Source: Occultella glacieicola
Lineage (GTDB): Bacteria; Actinomycetota; Actinomycetes; Actinomycetales; Beutenbergiaceae
NCBI RefSeq assembly: GCF_004353825.1
Contig: NZ_SMNA01000015.1
Location: 62,001 to 126,000, forward strand
Reading direction: 5' to 3'
DNA: 64,000 nt
Translations under genes and position numbers: made by a program
Notes under the pieces: generated by a model
Databases searched by the model: none
Told to the model about the DNA's origin: nothing
Seen by the model: the letters and a program-made list of their open reading frames with translations, nothing else
Part shown: positions 21,616-30,450 of the stretch, in pieces
Numbering within the stretch: position 1 is the first letter of the stretch
Layout of the letters: each line of letters begins with the position of its first letter

Positions 21616-22628
21616 GGGCAGCAGGCCCCGGAGCGTTCGTCATCGCCGTGGACGCCGGCGGCACCCACACGAGGGTGGGCTGTTTCGGCCCGGATGGCGC
21701 GGTCCTCTCGACCGCCGTCGGGCCGGGAGGGAGCCCGCTGCACAACGACGATGCCGCGGCGAACGTGTCCCGGGCGCTGACGGCGGCTCTGGGATCGGCC
21801 GGCCTCGAACCCCGCGACACACTCGCCCTCGCCGTGGGGACCTCGGGGATCAGCCGCGCCGGCTCCAACCAGGGCGACGGCGTGAATGACTGGGCTGGGG
21901 AGTACTACGACCTGCCGGGCCTGACCTGCCCGCGGATCATCGTCAACGATGCCGTGATCGCGCACCGCGGAGCCCTGGCCGGCGGCCCGGGAATCGTCGT
22001 CGTCGCCGGGACCGGATCGATGATCCTGGCGATCACCGAGGATGGTACCGAGATCGAGAGCGGACAGTTCGAGCACTACGCGGGCGGTGCGCGGCACCTG
22101 GTCCACGACGTGATGCACCGACTCCTCAGCGAGACCGATCCGCTCGAGGCCGACCCACTCGCGGCCGACCCGCTCGTACAGCAGGTCCTGGAGTACTGGC
22201 GAGCCGCCGACGTGTCCGACCTGCGCCGGATCGTCCTGGAACTCGGCAACGTCGACCGGAACGTCCGCAAGCGCCGCTACGGCGACCTCGCACCCACTGT
22301 CACCGCGGCCGCGGATGAGTCTGCGCTGGCCGACGCCGCGCTGCGCTCGCTCGCGTCGAAGACCGCCGACGGCGTTGCCGTGCTGGCGCCGTCGATCGGG
22401 ACACGGCCGGTGCCGGTGGCCGTCTCCGGCTCGCTGGCCGGCGATCCGGCGTTCGTCAGCCGTCTCGGCGACGCCCTGAGCGCCGCCCGAGGGGTGCCGA
22501 CCCGTCTCGTTGCCTCGGTCATGGATCCCCTGGGTGGCGCCGCCCTGATCGCCTACGAACTCGCCGGGATCGACGCGAGCCGCCAGCTCGGCGAGCGACT
22601 GGCTACGGCCCTGGCGTTCTCCGGATAG
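21612..22628 (+). CDS. BadF/BadG/BcrA/BcrD family sugar kinase (GlcNAc-kinase-like)
   Basis: AVDAGGTHTR, IVNDAVIAHRGAL, VVVAGTGSM; ATGA overlap with cutC stop. Confidence 0.85.
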   Translation: MRAAGPGAFVIAVDAGGTHTRVGCFGPDGAVLSTAVGPGGSPLHNDDAAANVSRALTAALGSAGLEPRDTLALAVGTSGISRAGSNQGDGVNDWAGEYYDLPGLTCPRIIVNDAVIAHRGALAGGPGIVVVAGTGSMILAITEDGTEIESGQFEHYAGGARHLVHDVMHRLLSETDPLEADPLAADPLVQQVLEYWRAADVSDLRRIVLELGNVDRNVRKRRYGDLAPTVTAAADESALADAALRSLASKTADGVAVLAPSIGTRPVPVAVSGSLAGDPAFVSRLGDALSAARGVPTRLVASVMDPLGGAALIAYELAGIDASRQLGERLATALAFSG

Positions 22629-22791
22629 CCGAGTCGGACCACCCGTCGTTCAGGTGATTCGGCCGGGGCCGTTCACTGCGGCCCGGCTCGTTCGTGGTGT
22701 CCGTGCTCCGGTGCTTGTCTCACCGCTTCGATCGCTGCGACCGCGCTCCGGAATGTCATGCGAACATATAGCCCTCACGACTGGAGAAATC

Positions 22792-23655
22792 ATGAAGGTC
22801 TATGCCCATCGCGGTGCATCGCTCGAGCATCCCGAGAATACTCTCGCAGCGTTCACGCGTGCCGTTGAGCTGGGTGCGGAAGGAATCGAGCTCGACTGTT
22901 ACAAGGCGAAGGACGGCACCGTCGTCGTCATTCATGACAACACTCTCGACCGCACCACGAACGTGACCGGAGCGGTGAAAGAATGGACCGCTGCAGAACT
23001 CCGCGACGTCGATGCCGGCAATGGCGAGCACGTCCCCACGCTCAAGGAGGTGCTGACGTTGGTCGCGGGCAAGATCCGGGTCAACGTCGAGGTCAACGAC
23101 CCGACTGCCGTCGAGGGCGTCATCGAGGTCACCGGCAGCATCGACGGCCTCGATTGGTTCGCCTCGTCCGCGCAGTGGGAGGTCCTGGCCGAGCTCCGCG
23201 AGCGTGCCGGTGCCGACGTCTACCCCCTGACGATCGGCACCGCGGAGAATGCCGCTGCGATGATGTCGCGCCAGCACGACCAGATGACCGAGGAGCAGGT
23301 CACGAACCTGCGCGCGTGGGCACGCCAGTGGCCGGAGGCGGTCGGGTTCGCGAAGGAGATCGGTGCCGCCGGGCTGTCGATCTACGAGGTTGGCCTCACG
23401 CCCGGGATCGTCGCCGCCATCCACAAGGCCGGCCTCGAGGTGTGGGCCTGGACGATCAACGATCCGGCCCGCGCTGACGAGCTCGCCGCGATGGGGGTCG
23501 ACGCCGTCTGCACCGACGCACCCGCCGAACTGATCGCAGCGCGTGAGGTCGCTCCAGGGGGGCCGCCGGCTGATCGACCTCGTGCACACCTGCACGAACG
23601 CCCTGCCCGGCTCGACCGGGCAGAGCGTCCGTGGCGGATGCCGACCAGCACCTAG
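22792..23655 (+). CDS. Glycerophosphodiester phosphodiesterase (GDPD, cytoplasmic UgpQ-like)
   Basis: AHRGAS.EHPENTL, IELD, HDNTLDRTT, AWTIND, GVDAVCTD; GGAGA RBS; no signal peptide. Confidence 0.92.
   Translation: MKVYAHRGASLEHPENTLAAFTRAVELGAEGIELDCYKAKDGTVVVIHDNTLDRTTNVTGAVKEWTAAELRDVDAGNGEHVPTLKEVLTLVAGKIRVNVEVNDPTAVEGVIEVTGSIDGLDWFASSAQWEVLAELRERAGADVYPLTIGTAENAAAMMSRQHDQMTEEQVTNLRAWARQWPEAVGFAKEIGAAGLSIYEVGLTPGIVAAIHKAGLEVWAWTINDPARADELAAMGVDAVCTDAPAELIAAREVAPGGPPADRPRAHLHERPARLDRAERPWRMPTST
23598..23628. terminator. Hairpin just beyond the stop of the convergent ABC binding-protein gene
   Basis: ACGCCCTGCCCGG-CTCGA-CCGGGCAGAGCGT (one mismatch). Confidence 0.5.
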
Positions 23656-25034
23656 AGGTAGGGCTCGACGTTCTGCTCGAAGGCCCGCTGGAACTCGCTC
23701 GTGAGCGACGGGAACACGTCCTCGGCGTTCTCGCCGGACAGGATGATCCGTTCGAAGTGCTCCGTGATCAGCAGGTCACCGCCGGGGAGCAGTGCCCGGG
23801 CGTAGTCCTGCACCTGCGTGATCGCGAGCTGGTCGATCGGGATCTGGCGGTCCGGGACCTCCTCGATCCCGGCCTTCATCGTGTCCGTCTCCAGAGCGGC
23901 GCCGCGGGTGGGCACGTAGCCGGTCCCGATGGAGAACCGTGCGCTGTTCTCCGGCGTTGTGAGGTGCTGGAGCAGCATCCCGCCGGCGAGCTGCTTCTCC
24001 GGTGTGGTGGCTGAGATCGCCAGGCCATTCCCCCCGGTCGGGACACGTGGGGCGTCGGCCGGCACGGTCCCGCCCGGCATGAACGCCACACCGAGACTCG
24101 GCAGCAGTTCGCGGTAGCTGGTGATGCCGCCGGTGGAGCCGAGGATCGACCCGTACAGGCCGGAGGTGAACTCGGCGGCCAGGTCGACCCCCACCTTCGA
24201 CCAGGCGTCGGGTCCGTTGAAGGCATCGCGGTAGAAGTTCCCGACCCAGAGCGCCTCCTCGCTGTCGAGGGTCCACTCCCACTCGTTCGAGTAGCGGGCC
24301 CCGTGCGCCCACAGCACGTTCTGGGCGATCCATGCGGTGCCCGACGGGCCGGGCGCGGCCCATCCCATCGGCGCGCCGCCGGCCGGGACCACCGACGCCA
24401 GCTGGGGGCTCCACTCCTGGAACTCGGTCCAGGTCTCGGGGCCACGGTCCGGCAGGCCCGCCGCCTCCCAGAGGTCGGTGTTGTAGTAGAACATCGGCGT
24501 CGAGCGGCCGTATGGCACGGCCCAGTGATGGCCGTCGAACTCGTAGTCGTCGTAGAGCGCACCCTGGAAGTCGTCGACGTCGACCTCCAGGTATGCGAGC
24601 AGATCGTCGACCGCCATCGTGCTGCCGGTCAACAGGTACTGGAACCAGAACACGTCCGACGCCTGGGCGACGTCGGGCTGCTCGGAGGTGCCGAGCGAGG
24701 CGCGGAAGTTCTGTGCGAGCTCCTCGTACGAGCCGCCACCAGAGACGGCGTTGACGGCGATGCCGGTCGCTTCGGTGAACTCCTCCAGGAGTGCGACCTC
24801 CACGTCGCCGCCCCACGGCAGTGCCATGAACGTGATCTCATCGGCGGGCTCGATCGAGGCCCAGTCGACGCCGGCGGAGGTCTCGCTCGCGCCGTCGTCG
24901 GGGCCACCGACGGTAGGGCCGGAGCACGCTGCCAACAGCCCACCCCCGAGGCCGAGGCCGCCGAGTTGCAGGACGTTCCGACGCGAAGGCCGACCGAGAC
25001 GGCCGAGGGCGATGAGTTCGTTGCTTGTACGCAT
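23652..25034 (-). CDS. CUT1 ABC substrate-binding lipoprotein (UgpB-like), Tat lipoprotein
   Basis: PSRRNVL Tat motif with LAAC lipobox; VPYGRSTPMFYYN, GPETWTEF, VPTGGNGL, TGYVP; AAGGAG RBS. Confidence 0.9.
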   Translation of the reverse strand: MRTSNELIALGRLGRPSRRNVLQLGGLGLGGGLLAACSGPTVGGPDDGASETSAGVDWASIEPADEITFMALPWGGDVEVALLEEFTEATGIAVNAVSGGGSYEELAQNFRASLGTSEQPDVAQASDVFWFQYLLTGSTMAVDDLLAYLEVDVDDFQGALYDDYEFDGHHWAVPYGRSTPMFYYNTDLWEAAGLPDRGPETWTEFQEWSPQLASVVPAGGAPMGWAAPGPSGTAWIAQNVLWAHGARYSNEWEWTLDSEEALWVGNFYRDAFNGPDAWSKVGVDLAAEFTSGLYGSILGSTGGITSYRELLPSLGVAFMPGGTVPADAPRVPTGGNGLAISATTPEKQLAGGMLLQHLTTPENSARFSIGTGYVPTRGAALETDTMKAGIEEVPDRQIPIDQLAITQVQDYARALLPGGDLLITEHFERIILSGENAEDVFPSLTSEFQRAFEQNVEPYL

Positions 25035-25093
25035 GCGCGACTGCTCCTTCAGGATGGTGGGACAGGGGATGGGACAGGGTGAAGCCGGATGGC

Positions 25094-26011
25094 TCACCCG
25101 GTGACTGCGCCGGTGGTGAGGCCGGCTACGAGGCGCCGCTGGACGAACAGGAAGATGACGAGCATCGGGACGGTGACGACGGTGGTGGCGGCCAGCAGCA
25201 CGCCCCAGTTCTGGACCCCCTCGAGGTCCTGCAGGTGGGTGAGGCCGACCGGAAGGGTCATCAGTTCGGGGGTTCTGGCGATCAGGCTCGGCCAGAGGTA
25301 CTCGTTCCACTCACTGACGATCGTGACCAGGGTGACGGCGGCGATCGTGGGTGCGGAGATCGGGACGACGATCTGGAACAGACGGCGCAGGTGACTTGCG
25401 CCGTCGAGTTCTGCCGCCTCGGTGAGCGAATGCGGAAGCTGCATGAACTGCTGCCGGAAGAGGAAAGTTCCGAACGCGCTTGCGAGACCGGGCACGATGA
25501 TCCCCGCATAGGTGTTGGTCCAGTCCAGTCCCGCCACCAGCACGTAGTTCGGGATGATCGTGATCTGGCCAGGGATCAGTAGCGTGAACAGCAGCACCGT
25601 GAATGCGATCTTCTTGAAGGGCACCTCCACGAACACCAGGGCGTAGGCGCAGCCCAGCCCCAGCAACACCTTGAACAAGGTGCTGACCGCCGTGATGGCG
25701 ACGCTGTTGGCGATCATGCGTGGCAGCGGGATCGAGTTGGCGACCGCGACGAAGTTGTCGAGGTCCCACGACGAGGGCAGCAGCTGCAACGGCAGGGTGC
25801 TGATCTCCGAGTTGGTCTTGAAGCTCGCCAGCACCATCCAGATCAGCGGAAACGCCATGACCAGGGTGCCGAGCAGCAACATGACGTACAGGCCGGCGTC
25901 GAGCAGGACCGAGCCCGGCCCGCGCCGGCGCCGACGATGCCGGCCGATCGCGGGGTCTGTGGCGGTGGGGGCCGGGGTGGCCCCGCGCCGCTGGGTCAGT
26001 GCATTGGTCAC
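25094..26011 (-). CDS. Carbohydrate ABC permease (UgpE/MalG-like)
   Basis: EAAELDGA motif, WNEYLWP, FLFVQRRLVAG. Confidence 0.93.
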   Translation of the reverse strand: MTNALTQRRGATPAPTATDPAIGRHRRRRRGPGSVLLDAGLYVMLLLGTLVMAFPLIWMVLASFKTNSEISTLPLQLLPSSWDLDNFVAVANSIPLPRMIANSVAITAVSTLFKVLLGLGCAYALVFVEVPFKKIAFTVLLFTLLIPGQITIIPNYVLVAGLDWTNTYAGIIVPGLASAFGTFLFRQQFMQLPHSLTEAAELDGASHLRRLFQIVVPISAPTIAAVTLVTIVSEWNEYLWPSLIARTPELMTLPVGLTHLQDLEGVQNWGVLLAATTVVTVPMLVIFLFVQRRLVAGLTTGAVTG

Positions 26012-26943
26012 TGGTAATGCACCCGCCTTTCGACGAACTTCATCTGGATGACCGTGATGACGAGGAGCAGCACGAACAGCACCGTGGCGACCGCAGATCC
26101 GTAGCCGGCACGGCCGATCTGGAAGCCCTCGACATAGACCTGGAACATCAGAGTCTTCGTCGAGCCGAGCGGGCCGCCGTTCGTCATCGCACGGATCAGG
26201 TCGAAGGACTGCAGTGCGCTCAGGGTCAGCGTGATGAGCAGGAAGAACGTGATCGGGCCGAGCAGCGGCAGCGTGATCCGGGAGAACGTCCGCAGGGTTC
26301 CGGCGCCGTCGAGAGCGGCCGCGTCACGCAGGTCCTGCGGTACCGACTGCAGGCCGGCCAGGTAGATCAGCGCCACATATCCGACGTGCTTCCAGAGGGT
26401 GACGACGATGATCATCAACAGAGGCCACGGTTGCTGCGTGAACCACTCCGGCGAGGCGACGTCGAACCAGCCCAGCACGATCGCCAGCAGCCCGATGTTC
26501 GGGTTGAAGATGTAGATCCACAGGAACCCGACGGCGATTCCGGACAGCACGTACGGTGCGAACGTCACGGTGCGGACGATCCCGCGGCCCGCCAGCTTGC
26601 GGTTGAGCGCGAGTGCGAGGGCAAGGCCTCCCGCCATCCCGCCGGCGACCGTGCACAGGGCGTAGAGCAGCGTGGTCAGCAGCACCCGCGGCGTCTCGGG
26701 GTCGTTGAACCACTCGGCGTAGTTCCCCAGGCCGACGAACTGCGCCATCTGGGAGCCGAGGTTCCAGTTCAGCAGCGAGTAGTAGAAGCTCAGGAACATT
26801 GGCCGATAGGTGAACACCATCAGCACGAGATAGTTCGGGCCGGCCAGCAGCAGGAAGATCCCGATGTTGCGCCGGAGCTTCTTTCTACGTGCCGTCGCCC
26901 GCCGTGTCTCTGGTACGGCGATGCCCAAAGTAGGAGAACCCAT
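26008..26943 (-). CDS. Carbohydrate ABC permease (UgpA/MalF-like)
   Basis: FVGLGNY, YLAGLQSVP..DAAALDGA, TNGGP; start uncertain. Confidence 0.92.
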   Translation of the reverse strand: MGSPTLGIAVPETRRATARRKKLRRNIGIFLLLAGPNYLVLMVFTYRPMFLSFYYSLLNWNLGSQMAQFVGLGNYAEWFNDPETPRVLLTTLLYALCTVAGGMAGGLALALALNRKLAGRGIVRTVTFAPYVLSGIAVGFLWIYIFNPNIGLLAIVLGWFDVASPEWFTQQPWPLLMIIVVTLWKHVGYVALIYLAGLQSVPQDLRDAAALDGAGTLRTFSRITLPLLGPITFFLLITLTLSALQSFDLIRAMTNGGPLGSTKTLMFQVYVEGFQIGRAGYGSAVATVLFVLLLVITVIQMKFVERRVHYQ

Positions 26944-27149
26944 ATGGAAAGCGATCCGATCGGGTGGGTGTCAAGGTGTGGACGATCCTCATAAATGAAA
27001 CACGTGGCGCGAAGGACGTGCCCCAGAAAAGGTGCACGCATGGGCGGACCGACGACCTCCAACAATGCGCACGTCGAAACAATCGCATCTCATGGTGTCC
27101 CGATGCGCAATCGCATCACAACAACCGGCTCACCACATTTCGACTCCTT

Positions 27150-28169
27150 TCAGAGCAATACGGTCGCTCCCGTGCGGACCGAGTCGTATGCCGCCTGCAC
27201 GATCCGCACCGTGCGCAGCCCGGAGCGCCCGTCCGGTTGTGGGGCTCGGCCGGCGGCGATCGAAGCGAGGAACTCGGCGATCATCGCGGTGTCCGGGTCG
27301 GTGCCGTAGGAGAGCCACAGACCGTTGCCACGCGTTTGCGAGTGCCCGTCGACGCGGGTGTTGAACGCATCCATGTCGGCGATGCCACGGTCACCGGTCA
27401 ACTGGAGCGTCAGCCCGCCCCACGTCGGGTAGCTGTCCGGCCTGGACCAGCTGCAGTCGATCGTGACGACCACGCCGCCGTCGAGCTCGATCGAGATCAG
27501 GCCACCGGTCTCGACCCCGACCTCACCGTGCAGGACCGTGTTGCTGAGTGCGTAGACGCTCCGGGCGGCGACGCCGTCGAAGAGGCTGTCCAGCAGGTCG
27601 GCCACGTGCACCGTATGGTCGGTGATCGACCCGCCGCCGGCGAGCTCCGGGTCGACGAACCAGGATCGGTCCCCCTTGGGCAGCTTGCCGTTGTTGGCCC
27701 CGACCACTGCGCGGACCTCGCCGACGGCGCCCGCGTCGTAGGCCCGCTTGAGCGCCTTGAAGGCCGTCGAGAACCGCACGGGGTGGGCGACCATGAGGTT
27801 GACGCCCGCCGACTCGCAGGCCGAGACCATGGCTTCGGCATCGGGCACCGACGTGGCCAGGGGCTTCTCGCACAACACGTGCGCGCCCTGCGCCGCTGCC
27901 TGCTCGACCAGCGGGAGGTGCCGTACGTTCTCCGCGCAGATGACGACGGCGTCCGGTCCCCACTCCCAGACCGCCTCGTAGGTCTCGAGGTAGCGGACGC
28001 CGAGTTGTGCGGCCAGGACAGTCCCGCCGCTCTCGCCGACCGGACGCTCGCCGTGGTCGGGGTCGGCGGCGACGAGCTCGATGTCCCGACGCCCGTTCAG
28101 TGCCCGCACATAGGACAGCGCATGCGGGTGCGCGAAGGACAGTACGGCGATCTTCAGTGGGGACCTCAT
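27150..28169 (-). CDS. Gfo/Idh/MocA oxidoreductase (SFAHxH variant)
   Basis: HVLCEKPLA, AGGGSITDHTVH; N-terminal VLSFAHPHA in place of GxGxxG. Confidence 0.9.
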   Translation of the reverse strand: MRSPLKIAVLSFAHPHALSYVRALNGRRDIELVAADPDHGERPVGESGGTVLAAQLGVRYLETYEAVWEWGPDAVVICAENVRHLPLVEQAAAQGAHVLCEKPLATSVPDAEAMVSACESAGVNLMVAHPVRFSTAFKALKRAYDAGAVGEVRAVVGANNGKLPKGDRSWFVDPELAGGGSITDHTVHVADLLDSLFDGVAARSVYALSNTVLHGEVGVETGGLISIELDGGVVVTIDCSWSRPDSYPTWGGLTLQLTGDRGIADMDAFNTRVDGHSQTRGNGLWLSYGTDPDTAMIAEFLASIAAGRAPQPDGRSGLRTVRIVQAAYDSVRTGATVLL

Positions 28170-29194
28170 GCCGCCACCTCGACGTTCCCGATCGGTGCGA
28201 CGGCGACCGGTTGCCCAATCTGCAGCGACGTGACGGCGGCCTCGGCGACCAGGATCGCCGCCAGCCCGTCCTCGGCGCTGACCCGGGGTGGGTCGCCGCC
28301 CATGAAGGCGCGGGCGATCTCGCTCAACTCCAGCTCGAACGGACCGACACCACTGACCTCGGGCAGCAGGCCGGTCCCGGCCCTACCGTCGTGGCCGGCG
28401 CCACCGTCGATGACGAGGGGCTTGTGCTCGGCGGAGTCGTGCCGAAGGATCCCGCCGGTGCCGGCGATCTCGAACGTCGTCCGGAAGGCCGTGCCGGGTC
28501 GCGCCCAGGTACCGGCTGCGTGAGTGATCGCACCGCTGTGGTGCTGCAGGATCACATGCGCGCTGACCACGCCGTCCTTGCCCGTTCCGGTGCCGGCCTG
28601 CCGCGCGAACACCGTGCCGACCGGGCCCGCGTTCCAGCATGCGAAGTCGAGGTCGTGGATCATCTGGTCGAGGATCACACCGCCGGAGGCCTCCTCGTCG
28701 TGGAACCAGTCCATGTCGGGCCGGGAACCCGTGCGGGTGAAGCGTTGGACCGCGACCGTGCCGATGGTGCCGGCGGCCACCTCGCGGTGCATCGACTCGT
28801 ACTCGCTGAAGTAGCGGACCACGTGACCGGGGTAGAGCTGCACGCCCGCGGCACGGCAGGCCTCGATCGCCAGGCGGGCATCGGTTGAGGTGCGAGCCAA
28901 CGGCTTCTCGCAGAACACGTGCTTACCGGCCGCCGCGCCCGCCTGGACATAGCCGAGATGCGACGGCGTCGGGGTGACGATGTCGACGACGTCGACCAGG
29001 TCGAGCAGTTCCGCGAACGAGTCTACGGCCACGCCCCCATGGCTCGCCGCGAGAGCCTGCGCCCCGGCCGTCGAGAAGTGGCTGATCTCCGCGCCGATGC
29101 TCAGCCAGGCCGACAGATGGGCACCGGCGATGCCGCCGGCGCCGATCATGCCGACACGTAGCGGGGGTGGCGCAGGGGTGACCTGGACAGTCAC
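28166..29194 (-). CDS. Gfo/Idh/MocA oxidoreductase
   Basis: IGAGGIA, TPTPSH, VFCEKPLA, SGGVILDQMIHDLD; GTGA overlap with ROK stop. Confidence 0.92.
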   Translation of the reverse strand: MTVQVTPAPPPLRVGMIGAGGIAGAHLSAWLSIGAEISHFSTAGAQALAASHGGVAVDSFAELLDLVDVVDIVTPTPSHLGYVQAGAAAGKHVFCEKPLARTSTDARLAIEACRAAGVQLYPGHVVRYFSEYESMHREVAAGTIGTVAVQRFTRTGSRPDMDWFHDEEASGGVILDQMIHDLDFACWNAGPVGTVFARQAGTGTGKDGVVSAHVILQHHSGAITHAAGTWARPGTAFRTTFEIAGTGGILRHDSAEHKPLVIDGGAGHDGRAGTGLLPEVSGVGPFELELSEIARAFMGGDPPRVSAEDGLAAILVAEAAVTSLQIGQPVAVAPIGNVEVAA

Positions 29195-30375
29195 GGGCGT
29201 TCCTTCCCTTGGTGGTCCGGCTCTTCGTGGTTCGAGGTCCTGGCTGCGATCACGGCGTCGACCAGTGGGTCGGCGGCCGCTGCCGTGAGCTGGGCTCGTC
29301 GAACGCCGCCGAGCGCCACGGCGGAGTCGGTGAGTGCGGACACGGTGAGCGGGGTGCGCCAGCCGCGCGGGTCGGCAGCGGATGCCAGATGGGCGCGCAA
29401 CCCCTCGACGATCCGTTCGCCGGCGCCGGACAGGCCGCCACCGATGACGACGACCTCGGGGTCCAGGACCGCCGTCATGAACCGGATCGTGCGGGCGAGC
29501 TCGGCGCAGTAGCGGTCGACGCGGACCTGGCTGTCGGCCTCCCCGGCGGCGGCCTTCGCGAAGACCGCGGCGACCTGGGCGCTGGTTGCCGAGCTGTCGC
29601 CGAGCAGCACACCGGGGGTGTCGAAGAACAACTCGGGCACGGAGCCGATCTCTCCTGCCTCGCCATGGCGACCCGTCACGATCTGCCCGTCGATCATGAT
29701 CGACGCTCGCGCGCGCCAGCCGGCGAGGAGGTACAGGACGTCCCGATGGTTGCGAGCCGCGCCGCGCCACTGCTCGGCCAGCGCAGCGAGGTTGGCGTCG
29801 TTGACGAGTTCGACATCGGCGCCGGCCCACTCGGCGAGCTGAGCACGGATGTCGGAGCCACTCCAGCGGGGCACCACCACGGACCGTGACAGGCGGCCCT
29901 CGGAGTCCACGACACCTGGGACGCCGACGGCGAGGGACCGCAGCTGATCGACCCTGATCCCGAGCTCGTCGGTGGCGTCCTGGACGGCGCGCTCGACCAG
30001 TTGGAGGAGCTCTGGGCCGTCCGCTCCGCTCGGCACCGCGGCCCGGTGGGTGACACGGATCGTGCTGTCGATATCCGCGATCATCACCAGGATCTCGTGC
30101 CTGCCGACATCGACACCGGCCACGAACGCCGCGTCGGGGTCGATCGCGTAGCGGCGTGCCGGTCGACCCGCGCCGCGAGTGCGGTCGCTCTCGCCCCCGC
30201 CCGGTTCCTGCGGCCGGATCATCCCGGTCGCGACGAGTTCGGCGAGGATGACCTCGAGCGTCGGCCGCGACAGTCCGGCGGTTCCCCGCAGCTCGGTGAC
30301 GCTCGCCGGGCCGCCGGTAGCCAGCACGCGCAGAACGGCGGCGGTGTTGGCCCGGCGTTGTAGGTCTTGCGTCAT
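29191..30375 (-). CDS. ROK family transcriptional regulator
   Basis: N-terminal HTH (AGLSRPT..GAGRPA), GVPGVVD, NDANLAALAE, GEAGEIG, VVIGGG. Confidence 0.93.
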   Translation of the reverse strand: MTQDLQRRANTAAVLRVLATGGPASVTELRGTAGLSRPTLEVILAELVATGMIRPQEPGGGESDRTRGAGRPARRYAIDPDAAFVAGVDVGRHEILVMIADIDSTIRVTHRAAVPSGADGPELLQLVERAVQDATDELGIRVDQLRSLAVGVPGVVDSEGRLSRSVVVPRWSGSDIRAQLAEWAGADVELVNDANLAALAEQWRGAARNHRDVLYLLAGWRARASIMIDGQIVTGRHGEAGEIGSVPELFFDTPGVLLGDSSATSAQVAAVFAKAAAGEADSQVRVDRYCAELARTIRFMTAVLDPEVVVIGGGLSGAGERIVEGLRAHLASAADPRGWRTPLTVSALTDSAVALGGVRRAQLTAAAADPLVDAVIAARTSNHEEPDHQGKERP

Positions 30376-30376
30376 G

Positions 30377-30411
30377 GCTAATACGCTAGGCCTATTAGCG
30401 GAAGTGCGCAA
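30377..30411 (-). promoter_or_regulatory. Leaderless promoter and palindromic operator of the ROK operon
   Basis: TTGCGC-N17-TAGCGT-N7-ATG; palindrome GCTAATA-N9-TATTAGC (30377-30399) spans the -10. Confidence 0.7.
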
Positions 30412-30450
30412 GGATGACGTGACGATCGCCGTCAAGCGTTCGTCCGATGT

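Noticed and set aside
22648..22700. GTTCA motifs upstream of GDPD as a PHO box
   Set aside because: Spacings of 23 and 19 nt do not fit 11-nt phasing
25058..25080. TGGGACAGGG duplicated between permease and binding-protein genes
   Set aside because: Two copies only; no supportable function
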